Below, one piece after another: positions 9,185 through 18,683 of a stretch of DNA of 57,828 bases; position 1 is the stretch's first letter, and each line of letters starts with the position of its first letter. The DNA is taken from assembly GCA_000989305.1 (NCBI GenBank), contig LBTB01000008.1:1-57828 (forward strand), read 5' to 3'. The translations under genes were made by a program, and so were the position numbers. The notes beneath the pieces are model-generated. The model was not told where the DNA came from. It saw only the letters and a list, made by a program, of their open reading frames with translations, and did no database searches. The stretch is from Candidatus Shapirobacteria bacterium GW2011_GWF2_37_20. GTDB lineage: Bacteria; Patescibacteriota; Microgenomatia; UBA12405.

Positions 9185-11309
9185 CTTTAGGACAATCTAA
9201 ACAAACCCACTTGCCAGTAATATCAACCACGCTCTGTTTATTTTGCCACTCCGCATTTGGGTTATCTTCTCCCTCCGCCACTATTTTATTAGTGGTTTTA
9301 TCAATCAAAATATTATTTTGTAAAGATATTCTTAAGGTTGGTACATATTCTTTTTTAAACAATTCATTGTGAGACTCGCATCCTTCTTCTGGTGCCAATT
9401 GTCCTGTCAAATTACAGACACTCATGGTCAATATTCCGTCTGGTTTAGTAAAAGTCTTGACTGCCCTATTTTCTAACACCTTTGTCATGATTCGATTCCA
9501 AATTGGAGAGGCTCCAGTTGTTCCCGAAGTCACCCCACCCATTCGGCTATTGTCGTTATTACCCACCCAAACTGCCACCACAACTTCCGGAGTAAAACCT
9601 ATTGTCCAGTTGTCCCTCAAATCATTTGTTGTTCCGGTTTTTACAGCAACCTCAGGATGTTTTTTAATGTTTAACATTGATCCTCTTCCGAAAACCATAC
9701 TTCTTGCTCCGTCATCTGACAAAATATTAGCAATGATATAAGCAGTTTCAGACGATAACACTCTTTCTCCTGGAACATACTTGTATTCTTCTAGCACCTG
9801 GCCTGTTTTATCGGTAACTTTTAGGATTGACACCAAATCTTGTTTAATCCCCATATTAGAAAATACTCCGAAAGCGGTTGCCATGTCTGTCATATAAACC
9901 TCACCTCCACCCAAAGTCAGAGACAATCCGTAGTCACTGGAATTTTTAAATGTACTAATTCCCATGGCTGACGCCGAAGCCACAAATGTTTGTACCGTAT
10001 TAAGGCTAAGCATTTTTACTGCTGGAATATTCAAAGAATTTCCCAGTGAATTTCTTAAAGTTTGGACTCCATGATATGCCCCACCATAATTTGTTGGACA
10101 ATATTGTTTTTGGTTTTCCACTTTAAAGCAAGTCGGGTTGTCGTCAAAAATCGAAGCGGCGGTTGCCTTTCCCGTCTCAATTCCTACGGCATAGTTTAAC
10201 GGTTTTATTGATGAACCTGGTTGTCGTAGAGCTGTAGTTACATTATATTTGCCATCGATTTCAGTATCGAAATAATCTTTTGAGCCCACCATGGCCAATA
10301 TTTGTCCACTTTTGCTGTCGGTTATCAGTGCCGCCCCATTACTCACTCTCTGTTTTTTCAGTTTTTCAATTTCGTCAGCCACTTGTTCTTGGGCATAATT
10401 TTGAATGTCCAGATCCAGGCTTGTCCAGACCTTCAAACCCCCCTCGGTCACTTTTTGAATTCCGTACTTTTCAATTAATTTTTCTCTAACATAAAACACA
10501 AAATGCGGCGCCAAAATACTATTTCTGTTCAGGTTATAGTCTAACTTTTCATTTTTTGCGTTCTCATATTCTTCGGGACTTATATATTTCAATTCTTCCA
10601 TTCGTTTAAGTACCATTTCTTGTCTGTTTTTAGCCGCATCCGGATGGGCAAAAGGGGAATATCGGGTTGGTGATCCGGGTAGTCCGGCAATCAGGGCAGC
10701 TTCTCCTAAGCTCAAATCTTTAACATCTTTGCTAAAAATACCTTTTGCGGCTGATTCTACCCCCCACATTGTTCCCCCGTATGGTGTTTGATTAAAATAC
10801 ATTTCCAGTATTTGGTCCTTACTATATAAGGCTTCTGTGGCAACTGTTAATATTGCCTCTTTGATTTTTCTTTCCCATGTCCTTTCCGGGGTTAATAGGG
10901 CATTTTTTACCAATTGTTGAGTCAGAGTTGATCCGCCCTGAAGTCTTCCCTGAAAAACTGTTCTGAACAATCCCCGAACTATTCCTCTTATATCAAAGCC
11001 AGCGTGTTTGTAAAAATTACTATCCTCAATTGCCAGTGTTGCCTTTATTACTTTATCTGGAATCTGTGCCAAACCTACACTTGTTCTGTTCTTATCAACA
11101 TATATTTCATAAAGCATTTTTCCATTCCTGTCCATTATCTGTGAAGATTCCGAATACTCACCAGAACTGAGTTTTTTTGGGTTAGGAATATCCTTAAGCA
11201 GGCTATAAACAAGAAATCCCAAGATAATTGCTATTCCGAGAAGTATTATTTTTTTTCTCTTAGTTTGACGAAGGCTCTTCTTTTTTGATTTGTTCTTCTT
11301 TAAAGTCAT
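9168..11309 (-). CDS. class A penicillin-binding protein (transglycosylase + transpeptidase), copy 1
   Basis: IEDSNFYKHAGF, QGGSTLTQQ, PGSSIKP, KTGTTND. The likely start is MTLKKNKSKKK at 11309, because the track start at 11384 lies deep inside the upstream gene. Confidence 0.9.
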   Translation of the reverse strand: MTLKKNKSKKKSLRQTKRKKIILLGIAIILGFLVYSLLKDIPNPKKLSSGEYSESSQIMDRNGKMLYEIYVDKNRTSVGLAQIPDKVIKATLAIEDSNFYKHAGFDIRGIVRGLFRTVFQGRLQGGSTLTQQLVKNALLTPERTWERKIKEAILTVATEALYSKDQILEMYFNQTPYGGTMWGVESAAKGIFSKDVKDLSLGEAALIAGLPGSPTRYSPFAHPDAAKNRQEMVLKRMEELKYISPEEYENAKNEKLDYNLNRNSILAPHFVFYVREKLIEKYGIQKVTEGGLKVWTSLDLDIQNYAQEQVADEIEKLKKQRVSNGAALITDSKSGQILAMVGSKDYFDTEIDGKYNVTTALRQPGSSIKPLNYAVGIETGKATAASIFDDNPTCFKVENQKQYCPTNYGGAYHGVQTLRNSLGNSLNIPAVKMLSLNTVQTFVASASAMGISTFKNSSDYGLSLTLGGGEVYMTDMATAFGVFSNMGIKQDLVSILKVTDKTGQVLEEYKYVPGERVLSSETAYIIANILSDDGARSMVFGRGSMLNIKKHPEVAVKTGTTNDLRDNWTIGFTPEVVVAVWVGNNDNSRMGGVTSGTTGASPIWNRIMTKVLENRAVKTFTKPDGILTMSVCNLTGQLAPEEGCESHNELFKKEYVPTLRISLQNNILIDKTTNKIVAEGEDNPNAEWQNKQSVVDITGKWVCLDCPKDESNN

Positions 11310-11865
11310 CGATATATTTTTGTAATAAAAGATATTTTTGATTATTAACTCCATCTTTTTGACCAATCTCCCTAATAATTTCACTATAGGCCAAAGTGGA
11401 ATCCATTATTTGGATTATTATTTGCTTGCCGGCGGTGTCCTGATTCCTCATTTCCCCTACCAGCTCATTTGCATATTTTAGTTTATCCACCGCCTTCATG
11501 CCAGTCTCAAGTGCTATATTATATTTTCCCTTATTTGCCAAAGTTCTTGCTTCGGCGATTCGTTTGTCCGCTAAAATCAGCATAATTTTTGCTTCTCTCT
11601 CTTTTCCAACGCTGAACTTAATCCATAACCAGTCCCTAATTTCTTTAAAAGAATAAAACACATTATTTGGCAACATGTTTGTCTGTGGTAGCTTATAGAT
11701 TATTTTATCTTCAAAAAATACCGGCTCAACTCTAAGCCTACCCTCGCGCTCATCTCTGTTCATTATTTCCAATGTTGCCCGTGACATTGAGACCAACAAG
11801 ATTCCGGCGGCACCAATAAAAACCGCAAAAATTACTATCAACGTCTTAATATTCATCTCTATCAT
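11260..11865 (-). CDS. DUF5667-like membrane-anchored helical protein
   Basis: N-terminal TM helix, then LPNNVFYSFKEIRDWLWIKF...ADKRIAEARTLANKGKY, a pattern I recognise from DUF5667 proteins common in CPR genomes. Confidence 0.55.
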   Translation of the reverse strand: MIEMNIKTLIVIFAVFIGAAGILLVSMSRATLEIMNRDEREGRLRVEPVFFEDKIIYKLPQTNMLPNNVFYSFKEIRDWLWIKFSVGKEREAKIMLILADKRIAEARTLANKGKYNIALETGMKAVDKLKYANELVGEMRNQDTAGKQIIIQIMDSTLAYSEIIREIGQKDGVNNQKYLLLQKYIDDFKEEQIKKEEPSSN

Positions 11866-11871
11866 TGTACC

Positions 11872-12639
11872 TCAATTGTCTTCGTGAAAAAAAGCTTGCC
11901 CTCTTTTGATAAATTTTTGTTTTTTCCTTGTTTTACTCCACATATAAAGGTATTGTCCCCAAAAAAGGACTTTGTTAACTATCCTCCAGCAACTAAAACC
12001 CTTTTTGGATCTTAGACCCAAAATCTTACTTGTCGCCTTTCTTTTATTTCTTTCCTCGTATCCGGTGGCTAGATATTTTTTAACCCATTTATTTTCTTTT
12101 AAAAAACTTTGATAAGTATTGTCCCTGTCCAAAACAACTTTCATTAATATCAAATCTGTCGCATTTTTTAAATTTCTTTTATGTTTTGGAATTGTTAAAT
12201 TGGCTCTGTCTAACCATAAATTAAAACAAAATTCATTATGCTTTTCCCTTTTTTTGAATTTTCGATGGGGGATTTTATTCCACCACACGTAAAGTCTTAA
12301 ATACAATCTCCACCACCACAGTTCATCTTCTTTAGTTATTACCAACAAATCAATGTCTTCACTCTTCTTAGCTCCTTCGGCCGCCACCGTTCCTGTTACT
12401 CCCACCATTTTTATTCCCCTCATTTTAAACAGGTGTTTGTTGACTAAATCTTTAGCCAAATAAAGTTTTTCTTTCCAGTCCTTATCCAGGGCTTCTTTTT
12501 CGCCTCGCCCCTCTATCTTGCTAAAGTCGTAAATTTTTGTTGAAATCAGTCTTAAAAACAGCTGTTTATCACTTAACTTTTGGCCGTATTTACTGGCATA
12601 CCCCTTTGTTCTCTTTATTGCTTTTTCAAACTCGTCCAT
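11872..12639 (-). CDS. nucleotidyltransferase-fold (Pol-beta-like) protein
   Basis: GVTGTVAAEGAKKSEDIDLLV fits the G[ST]x(9-13)DxD minimal nucleotidyltransferase signature. The rest is unassigned. Confidence 0.45.
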   Translation of the reverse strand: MDEFEKAIKRTKGYASKYGQKLSDKQLFLRLISTKIYDFSKIEGRGEKEALDKDWKEKLYLAKDLVNKHLFKMRGIKMVGVTGTVAAEGAKKSEDIDLLVITKEDELWWWRLYLRLYVWWNKIPHRKFKKREKHNEFCFNLWLDRANLTIPKHKRNLKNATDLILMKVVLDRDNTYQSFLKENKWVKKYLATGYEERNKRKATSKILGLRSKKGFSCWRIVNKVLFWGQYLYMWSKTRKKQKFIKRGQAFFHEDN

Positions 12640-12682
12640 TATCGTATTTTACCCTCTTCTTGATATAATACCTAAGTCCCAA

Positions 12683-14191
12683 ATGAATAAAAGCACCAAA
12701 AGATACCGTTTTTATGAAATGATTCCCGGAGTTTTTGCCTGGTTCGTTATCATCTTCCCCATCTGGGGATCCATCCTTGTACCCAAATGGGTAGCCTATT
12801 TTGTTCTCGCTTTTTTGGTTTATTGGCTTTATCAGTCTTTTAAATCAGCTATTTTGGCAATTATTGGTTATTTTAAAATCCAGGGAGCCAAAAATACTAA
12901 TTGGTTAGAAAAATTTAATGAAGATTTCCGTGCTTCTTGGCTACGGTATCGGGATATAAATCACGTTGTTATTATTTCTTCTTATAAAGAGCCCACAGAT
13001 GTCATTGAAATGGCTTTTTCCAGTTTGGCCGCTCAGGTTGACATTAATTTAAAAAAAATTCACGTAATCTTGGCCCAAGAAGCTCGAGCCGGACAGGAAA
13101 ATAATCAGACAACTATCAATTATTTTCAAAAAAGATATGCCAAAACCTTCGCTTCTTTAACTTTTACTGAGCATCCCGCCAATCTTCCCGGAGAAATCGC
13201 CGGAAAACATACCAACGAAGCTTGGGCGGCCAGATATTTCAAAAAACACTTTATTGAAAAGAAAAAATATAAAATTGAAAATTTTACCTTGACTTCCTGT
13301 GACGTCGACACTATCTTCAATCCTAAATATTTTTCTTCCCTGACTTACAACTTTGCCTCAAATCCCGACCGATATCTAAAATTTTGGCAGTCTCCAATTT
13401 TTTGGCACCATAATATAAATAGTGTTCCTGCTCCCATCAGAATCATCGGTGTCATGGGTAATGCCATTCACATTGCCAACATCCAGGAGCCGGATGGTCT
13501 ATTTTTTAACTACTCTTGCTACTCTTCGTCTTATAAATTAATTGATTCTGCTGGTTATTGGGATCCGGACATGATCCCGGAAGACTGGCATATCTTTCTT
13601 CAAACCTTCTTTTCCACTGGTGGCCGCACTTCTGTTTCTCCCATCTTTCTGCCCACTGTTGTAGATGCTCCAGACGGTAAAAATTATTTTGCTGCACTCA
13701 AAAATCGTTACAACCAGTGTGTTCGTCATGCTTGGGGTGCCACCGATATTGCTTATGCCATCGAGCAATCTCGACTTCATCCCGAAATTCCCTGGCTTAC
13801 CCGTACTCTCCGGGTATATAAACTAATTCAAACTCATTTTATTTGGTCTAGTAACTGGTTTATTTTGACCCTTGGTACCTCTTTACCTGTCGCCTTAAAT
13901 CCCTATTTTTTTAATACCACCTTTGGCTATAACTTACCCCGTATTGCCAATGTAATTTTGACAATTTGTCTCATTCCCATGGTCACCCTCATCGTTCTCG
14001 ACTGGAAGCTTCGTCCCACTTACCAAAAACAGGGTTTTTGGAATTTTATTAAAAACATTATTCAATGGCCTCTGATGCCTCTAGCCACCCTGGCTATGTC
14101 AGTTCTACCAGGACTGCATTCACACACCCGTCTCTTGTTTGGTAAACGTCTCGAGTATAAAACCACCGACAAGGGTTCTAGTGTAAAATAA
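12683..14191 (+). CDS. membrane-embedded family 2 glycosyltransferase (processive-type architecture)
   Basis: N- and C-terminal TM helices flank a cytoplasmic domain with a DxD-like CDVDT and a QxxRW-like NQCVRHAWG. Confidence 0.7.
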   Translation: MNKSTKRYRFYEMIPGVFAWFVIIFPIWGSILVPKWVAYFVLAFLVYWLYQSFKSAILAIIGYFKIQGAKNTNWLEKFNEDFRASWLRYRDINHVVIISSYKEPTDVIEMAFSSLAAQVDINLKKIHVILAQEARAGQENNQTTINYFQKRYAKTFASLTFTEHPANLPGEIAGKHTNEAWAARYFKKHFIEKKKYKIENFTLTSCDVDTIFNPKYFSSLTYNFASNPDRYLKFWQSPIFWHHNINSVPAPIRIIGVMGNAIHIANIQEPDGLFFNYSCYSSSYKLIDSAGYWDPDMIPEDWHIFLQTFFSTGGRTSVSPIFLPTVVDAPDGKNYFAALKNRYNQCVRHAWGATDIAYAIEQSRLHPEIPWLTRTLRVYKLIQTHFIWSSNWFILTLGTSLPVALNPYFFNTTFGYNLPRIANVILTICLIPMVTLIVLDWKLRPTYQKQGFWNFIKNIIQWPLMPLATLAMSVLPGLHSHTRLLFGKRLEYKTTDKGSSVK

Positions 14192-14197
14192 AATAGT

Positions 14198-15589
14198 ATG
14201 CTTTATGCCATATTGTTTATCCTCTTTCGACTGCCATCACTTTTTGAACCTTACTGGTATGGTGACGAGGGTATCTATTTAGCTTTAGGTCAGGGGATTC
14301 GTCGAGGTCTGTTACTTTTTCAGCAAATTCATGATAACAAACCGCCGACTCTCTATTATCTGGCTGCATTTTCTCAGACCGTCTTTGGCTTCCGCCTATT
14401 ACTCCTCCTCTTGATGGTTCCGACGATATATTTTTTTAATCGTTTAGCTAAAAAATTTCTTTCTCCTCGTCAAACCACCTTTTCCACCTTTCTCTTTTTA
14501 ATTCTCACCTCTATTCCTCTTATTGAAGGTAGCATTGCCAACGCTGAAGTTTTTATGCTTTTGCCCACTATTTTAGCGTTTTTAATCTTTCTAAATTATA
14601 AAAAATCCTATCTCTCATTTTTGGTCACTGGCCTCTTGTTGGGTATTGCTTTTACTATCAAGGTCCCTGTCGCCTTTGAGGCCGTCTTTCTCGGTCTTTG
14701 GATTCTAATTTTTCAAAAACACAAAATCAAAAAATTATTTCTCTTCTCTTTCGCCTTCATCCTTCCTATCTTTTTATATTTAATTTATTTTGCTCTCAAA
14801 GGTGCCCTGCAACCCTTCCTTTTCGCCGCCCTTCTTCAAAATTTTGGTTACCTCTCCTCCTGGTCGACTGGTACCCAACAATCTTCAGTTGCTTCCGGTG
14901 GTCTAATTTGGCGCGGCTTAATCCTTTCGATTACTTGGGTTGTTTCCTTTTTCCTTTATCATCGCCGCGTTATTTCAAAAAATCTATTTTTTCTCTCCGC
15001 CTGGTTCTTTGCCGCCCTCTTTGGTGTTTTACTTTCCGGACGTCCCTATCCCCACTATCTAATTCAGATTCTGCCTCCTCTCTGTCTTTTACTTTTTTAC
15101 TATTCCAAAGCCAGACTTTGGATTTCTTTTATCTTAATTCTTTTTATCGCTTCTCTTTTTCGTTATAAGTTTTATTTCTATCCGGTTTTTTCTTATTATA
15201 GTAATTTTTATACCTATGCTTTGGGTAAAAAAAGTCTAGACTCCTATCGACAATATTTTGGCTCTGAAATGCCTCAAAATTACATTTTAGCCAATAAGAT
15301 TAAATCAATAACCTCTCCGGAAGACAGAATTTATGTCTGGGGAGACCAATCTTATTTGTATCCCTTAAGCGATCGCTTACCTTCGACAAAATATATAGTT
15401 GCTTATCATGTTGTCGATTTTAATGCTTATGATTTAACCATTTCCCAGTTAAAAGCTATTACTCCAAAATTAATTATTTATTATCCTCAGCCCTCCCGTC
15501 CCTTTCCTGCTCTGGACAATTTAATTTCTGATTATTATTCCTTAATCGATCAAATCGGCCCGGCTTATATCTTCGAACTTCGTCAATAA
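14198..15589 (+). CDS. polytopic GT-C glycosyltransferase (ArnT/PMT, GT39/GT83-like)
   Basis: Many TM helices and an N-terminal YWYGDEGIY loop motif typical of GT-C enzymes that use lipid-linked sugars. Confidence 0.65.
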   Translation: MLYAILFILFRLPSLFEPYWYGDEGIYLALGQGIRRGLLLFQQIHDNKPPTLYYLAAFSQTVFGFRLLLLLLMVPTIYFFNRLAKKFLSPRQTTFSTFLFLILTSIPLIEGSIANAEVFMLLPTILAFLIFLNYKKSYLSFLVTGLLLGIAFTIKVPVAFEAVFLGLWILIFQKHKIKKLFLFSFAFILPIFLYLIYFALKGALQPFLFAALLQNFGYLSSWSTGTQQSSVASGGLIWRGLILSITWVVSFFLYHRRVISKNLFFLSAWFFAALFGVLLSGRPYPHYLIQILPPLCLLLFYYSKARLWISFILILFIASLFRYKFYFYPVFSYYSNFYTYALGKKSLDSYRQYFGSEMPQNYILANKIKSITSPEDRIYVWGDQSYLYPLSDRLPSTKYIVAYHVVDFNAYDLTISQLKAITPKLIIYYPQPSRPFPALDNLISDYYSLIDQIGPAYIFELRQ

Positions 15590-15592
15590 TCT

Positions 15593-15964
15593 ATGAACGT
15601 TGTCTCTTCATTTTTTGGTAAATTAGGAAAATTTTGGCAAACTACTCTAAATTCTCGACTTCTCCGTTTTACCATCCTTCTTTTTATTTCTCAGATTGTT
15701 TTAATTATTTGGTTTTACAACCAACTTCCTCCGGAAATTCCCTTATTCTTTTCTCGTCCCTGGGGAGAGTCTTGGCTTTCTCCCACCTCTTCAATTTTCA
15801 TTTTACCCCTATTTTCCCTTATCACTTTTCTTACTAACTATTTTATCGCCCTCTATTTTTATCAGAAAAAACTCATCCTTTCTCAGCTCTTAGTTATTTT
15901 CACCTTTATCATTTCATTATTTTCTACAGTCTCGCTCTTAAAAATTATTAGCCTGGTCATCTAA
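15593..15964 (+). CDS. small polytopic membrane protein
   Basis: Hydrophobic ORF packed between two glycosyltransferase genes. Its stop overlaps the next start. Confidence 0.45.
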   Translation: MNVVSSFFGKLGKFWQTTLNSRLLRFTILLFISQIVLIIWFYNQLPPEIPLFFSRPWGESWLSPTSSIFILPLFSLITFLTNYFIALYFYQKKLILSQLLVIFTFIISLFSTVSLLKIISLVI

Positions 15965-17019
15965 TGTTTTCTCAATTGCTCCTAGTTTTGGTCTCCTCTG
16001 TTTTAATTTCATATTTTGTCACCCCCTTAATTATCAAAATTTTTCGATCCCACAATTGGGTCGAAGACCCTCTTCTTAAACAACGTAAAAGCGGTAATGC
16101 CACCGCCACCACCCCGGTTCCCCGAGGCGGCGGTCTGCCAATTTTTATCAGTGTCTTTATCACCTCCTTAATTTTTCTCCCCTTTGATAAACATCTTCTG
16201 GGCATTCTTTTGGCTTCATTTTTTGCCTTAATTATTGGACTTATGGATGACGTAAAAGATATCAGTCCAAAATTTCGTTTATTCACCAATCTACTGACAG
16301 CTCTCATTGTTGTTTCTTCAGGAATCGGTATTGCCTATCTTTCAAACCCCTTTGGGGGCATTATTGACCTTTCCCAGCCTCAATTACATTTTTCTTTTCT
16401 AGGTTCTCACTCGATTTGGATTTTAGCTGATCTTCTGGCTGTTTTCTGGATTGTCTGGTGTATGAATTTTATTGGTTGGGCCTCTGGAGTTGAAGGGCAA
16501 TTACCCGGTTTTGTTTCCATCTCCGCAATTTTTATCGGTATCTTGGGTATGAAATATTCCGGTGACCTTACTCAATGGCCGGTCATTATTCTGGCTTTTA
16601 CGGTTGCCGGTGCCTATTCAGGCTTCTTGCCTCATAACTTTTATCCTCAAAAAATTATGCCGGGCTATAGTGGTAAAAGTTTAGCCGGACTTCTTTTAGC
16701 TATTCTTTCGATTCTTTCCGGTGCCAAGCTTGCTACCTTAATTTTTCTTCTCGGTCTCCCTATGCTTGACGCTATCTTTGTTTTAATTTATCGACTTTAC
16801 CATCACAAGTCTCCTTTTGTTTCAGACAACAATCATCTTCATCATCAGCTTTTAAAAATTGGTTGGGGCCGTCGTCGTATTTCGGTGTTTTATTGGTCTC
16901 TAAGTTTGATTCTGGGTTTCCTCTCCCTCATGCTTAATAGCCAACAAAAATTTTATGTTTTTATCGGCTTGGCGATTATATTTTTCGGAATTACTCTGAA
17001 ATTTTTTCGGCGTATTTAG
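15964..17019 (+). CDS. polyprenyl-phosphate N-acetylhexosamine-1-phosphate transferase family (GT4, WecA/TagO/MraY-like)
   Basis: Polytopic. Has MDDVKDISPKFR (DDxxD-like) and SDNNHLHHQLLKIGW (HLHH motif as in WecA/TagO). Confidence 0.8.
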   Translation: MFSQLLLVLVSSVLISYFVTPLIIKIFRSHNWVEDPLLKQRKSGNATATTPVPRGGGLPIFISVFITSLIFLPFDKHLLGILLASFFALIIGLMDDVKDISPKFRLFTNLLTALIVVSSGIGIAYLSNPFGGIIDLSQPQLHFSFLGSHSIWILADLLAVFWIVWCMNFIGWASGVEGQLPGFVSISAIFIGILGMKYSGDLTQWPVIILAFTVAGAYSGFLPHNFYPQKIMPGYSGKSLAGLLLAILSILSGAKLATLIFLLGLPMLDAIFVLIYRLYHHKSPFVSDNNHLHHQLLKIGWGRRRISVFYWSLSLILGFLSLMLNSQQKFYVFIGLAIIFFGITLKFFRRI

Positions 17020-17785
17020 CTGACACCCAGGCATTTTTTCCCTTATAGACAATTTGATACCAACCACTTTCCTCACTCACAAATTCATAAGTTTCACCCG
17101 GATTTGCCCTGCCAACTTCCAATGACCCGTTACTGGCTGTTTCCCTGACCCGAAGCCATCCGGTTTCCGTTTCTTTGATTCTAATTTTAGGCCCCAAAAT
17201 CCTTGTCGGTGTCGGACTAATGGTAATTGCAGTTTCTATTTTTTTCTCTCTTTCCAGTTTTGCATCAATTAACAATTGGTATCCCTTAACCACTCTGACT
17301 ATTAAATTTATACTTTTATATCCGGGGTAATTAATTGATAATTTTCTATCACCTTCACCTACACTTTCTATCTTTGCTGGGCTATTGTTTTTTATTTCCC
17401 CATCGATATATATCATTGCCCCGCCGGGATTTGAGTTGACTAAAATACTGCCGTTTTCTCCGGTTTTTTCCATTGATAAGATATATCCGCTATCGACATC
17501 TTTCTCAAAATCCCAACTTATTACCGAAGTGACATTATTTTCTAGTTTTATTTTTCTTTGCCAAATTTCTCCTTCACCGTCGTCGAGTCTTATTTCGATC
17601 TCTCCGGGTTTTAGGGTATTATTTTTGTAAGGCGTCATTCCGCTTTCAACTCCGTTAAGGTATACTTTTGCTATGGGATTTGAAGCAATTTCTACTCCGG
17701 ATTTATCAATACCACAGGCTCCTAAAACTAGGCTGCTCAAAAATGCCACCATTACTAAGCTGATATTTTTTCCTCTGATAATCAT
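16991..17785 (-). CDS. lipoprotein with two PEGA domains and a C-terminal SH3b domain
   Basis: Start taken at MIIRGKNISLVMVAFLSSLVLGAC (lipobox). PEGA-like NPIAKVYLNG and NPGGAMIYIDG. SH3b-like GWYQIVYKGKNAWVSAKY. The track start at 17965 is a low-complexity extension antisense to the next gene. Confidence 0.7.
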   Translation of the reverse strand: MIIRGKNISLVMVAFLSSLVLGACGIDKSGVEIASNPIAKVYLNGVESGMTPYKNNTLKPGEIEIRLDDGEGEIWQRKIKLENNVTSVISWDFEKDVDSGYILSMEKTGENGSILVNSNPGGAMIYIDGEIKNNSPAKIESVGEGDRKLSINYPGYKSINLIVRVVKGYQLLIDAKLEREKKIETAITISPTPTRILGPKIRIKETETGWLRVRETASNGSLEVGRANPGETYEFVSEESGWYQIVYKGKNAWVSAKYAEKISE

Positions 17786-18683
17786 TTCACTTCTCCTATT
17801 ATATTTTATTTTTGCTCCTAAAACCCTTTTATCTCCCTTTATTTCCTCAATCCCCATTTCCAACCCAACAGCCACTCCTATTCCCACTCCCATCCCCACT
17901 GTCTTGCTGGGCTTAGTTGGCGACCTGGGATTAGGTCGTTTTATTACTTCTACTGCCCGTGACAAAAATGATTTCTCCTGGTCTTTTCAGGGAATTTCCC
18001 CTTGGCTTCTGTCCCACGATTTCAATCTTGCCAATTTAGAAAGTCCAATTATTGCCGATTGTCCCCGGGGTTATACTGGCACCTTTACCTTCTGCGGAGA
18101 TCCCCGATTTCTCCCTTATTTAAAATCAAATAAATTAGTTCTGAATCTAGCCAATAACCATATTCTTAATTATGGTGCTGATGGTTTAACCCAAACTAAT
18201 AAATATCTATCCCAAAACGAAATTACATATTTTCCGGATTTTTCACAAAAAACTATTAATGGAATAAGTTTTGGTTTTCTCGGTTACGATTTTATTACTT
18301 ATCCCAATTTATCTACCCAAGTCCTAATCAATGACATAAAAAAATATGATTCAACGGTTGATTGGCTGGTTGTTTCCATCCATTGGGGTAATGAGTATTT
18401 GCCTCAAGCCGAAAACTGGCGGGTTAATTTAGCCCGTGAATTAATTGACACTGGAGCCGATATTATTCATGGCCATCACCCCCATGTCTGGCAGTCTTAT
18501 GAAATTTATAAAGACAAACCCATTTTTTATTCTTTTGGCAATTTTATTTTCGATCAATCCTGGTCCTACGAAACTTCACATTCCCAAATTGCTGAGCTTA
18601 AATTATCAAAGACAAAAGTCGAAGAATTAAAACTTTTTCCTATTGAAATCAAATTCAACACCCAACCCTGGTTAATGCCTTAA
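17673..18683 (+). CDS. CapA-family (PGA_cap) metallophosphatase-fold protein, membrane anchored
   Basis: GDLGLGR, NLANNH and IIHGHHPHV motifs. N-terminal TM helix plus a TPIPTPIP linker. The start is uncertain, since the ATG at 17673 overlaps the divergent lipoprotein gene by 113 nt. Confidence 0.75.
   Translation: MGFEAISTPDLSIPQAPKTRLLKNATITKLIFFPLIIISLLLLYFIFAPKTLLSPFISSIPISNPTATPIPTPIPTVLLGLVGDLGLGRFITSTARDKNDFSWSFQGISPWLLSHDFNLANLESPIIADCPRGYTGTFTFCGDPRFLPYLKSNKLVLNLANNHILNYGADGLTQTNKYLSQNEITYFPDFSQKTINGISFGFLGYDFITYPNLSTQVLINDIKKYDSTVDWLVVSIHWGNEYLPQAENWRVNLARELIDTGADIIHGHHPHVWQSYEIYKDKPIFYSFGNFIFDQSWSYETSHSQIAELKLSKTKVEELKLFPIEIKFNTQPWLMP

Noticed and set aside
14698-15168. 156-aa alternative-frame ORF inside the GT-C glycosyltransferase gene, and similar same-region ORFs in the track
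   Set aside because: These are Ser/Pro/Leu-rich translations of an off-frame in a T-rich membrane-protein gene. The main frame has coherent TM-helix structure throughout.
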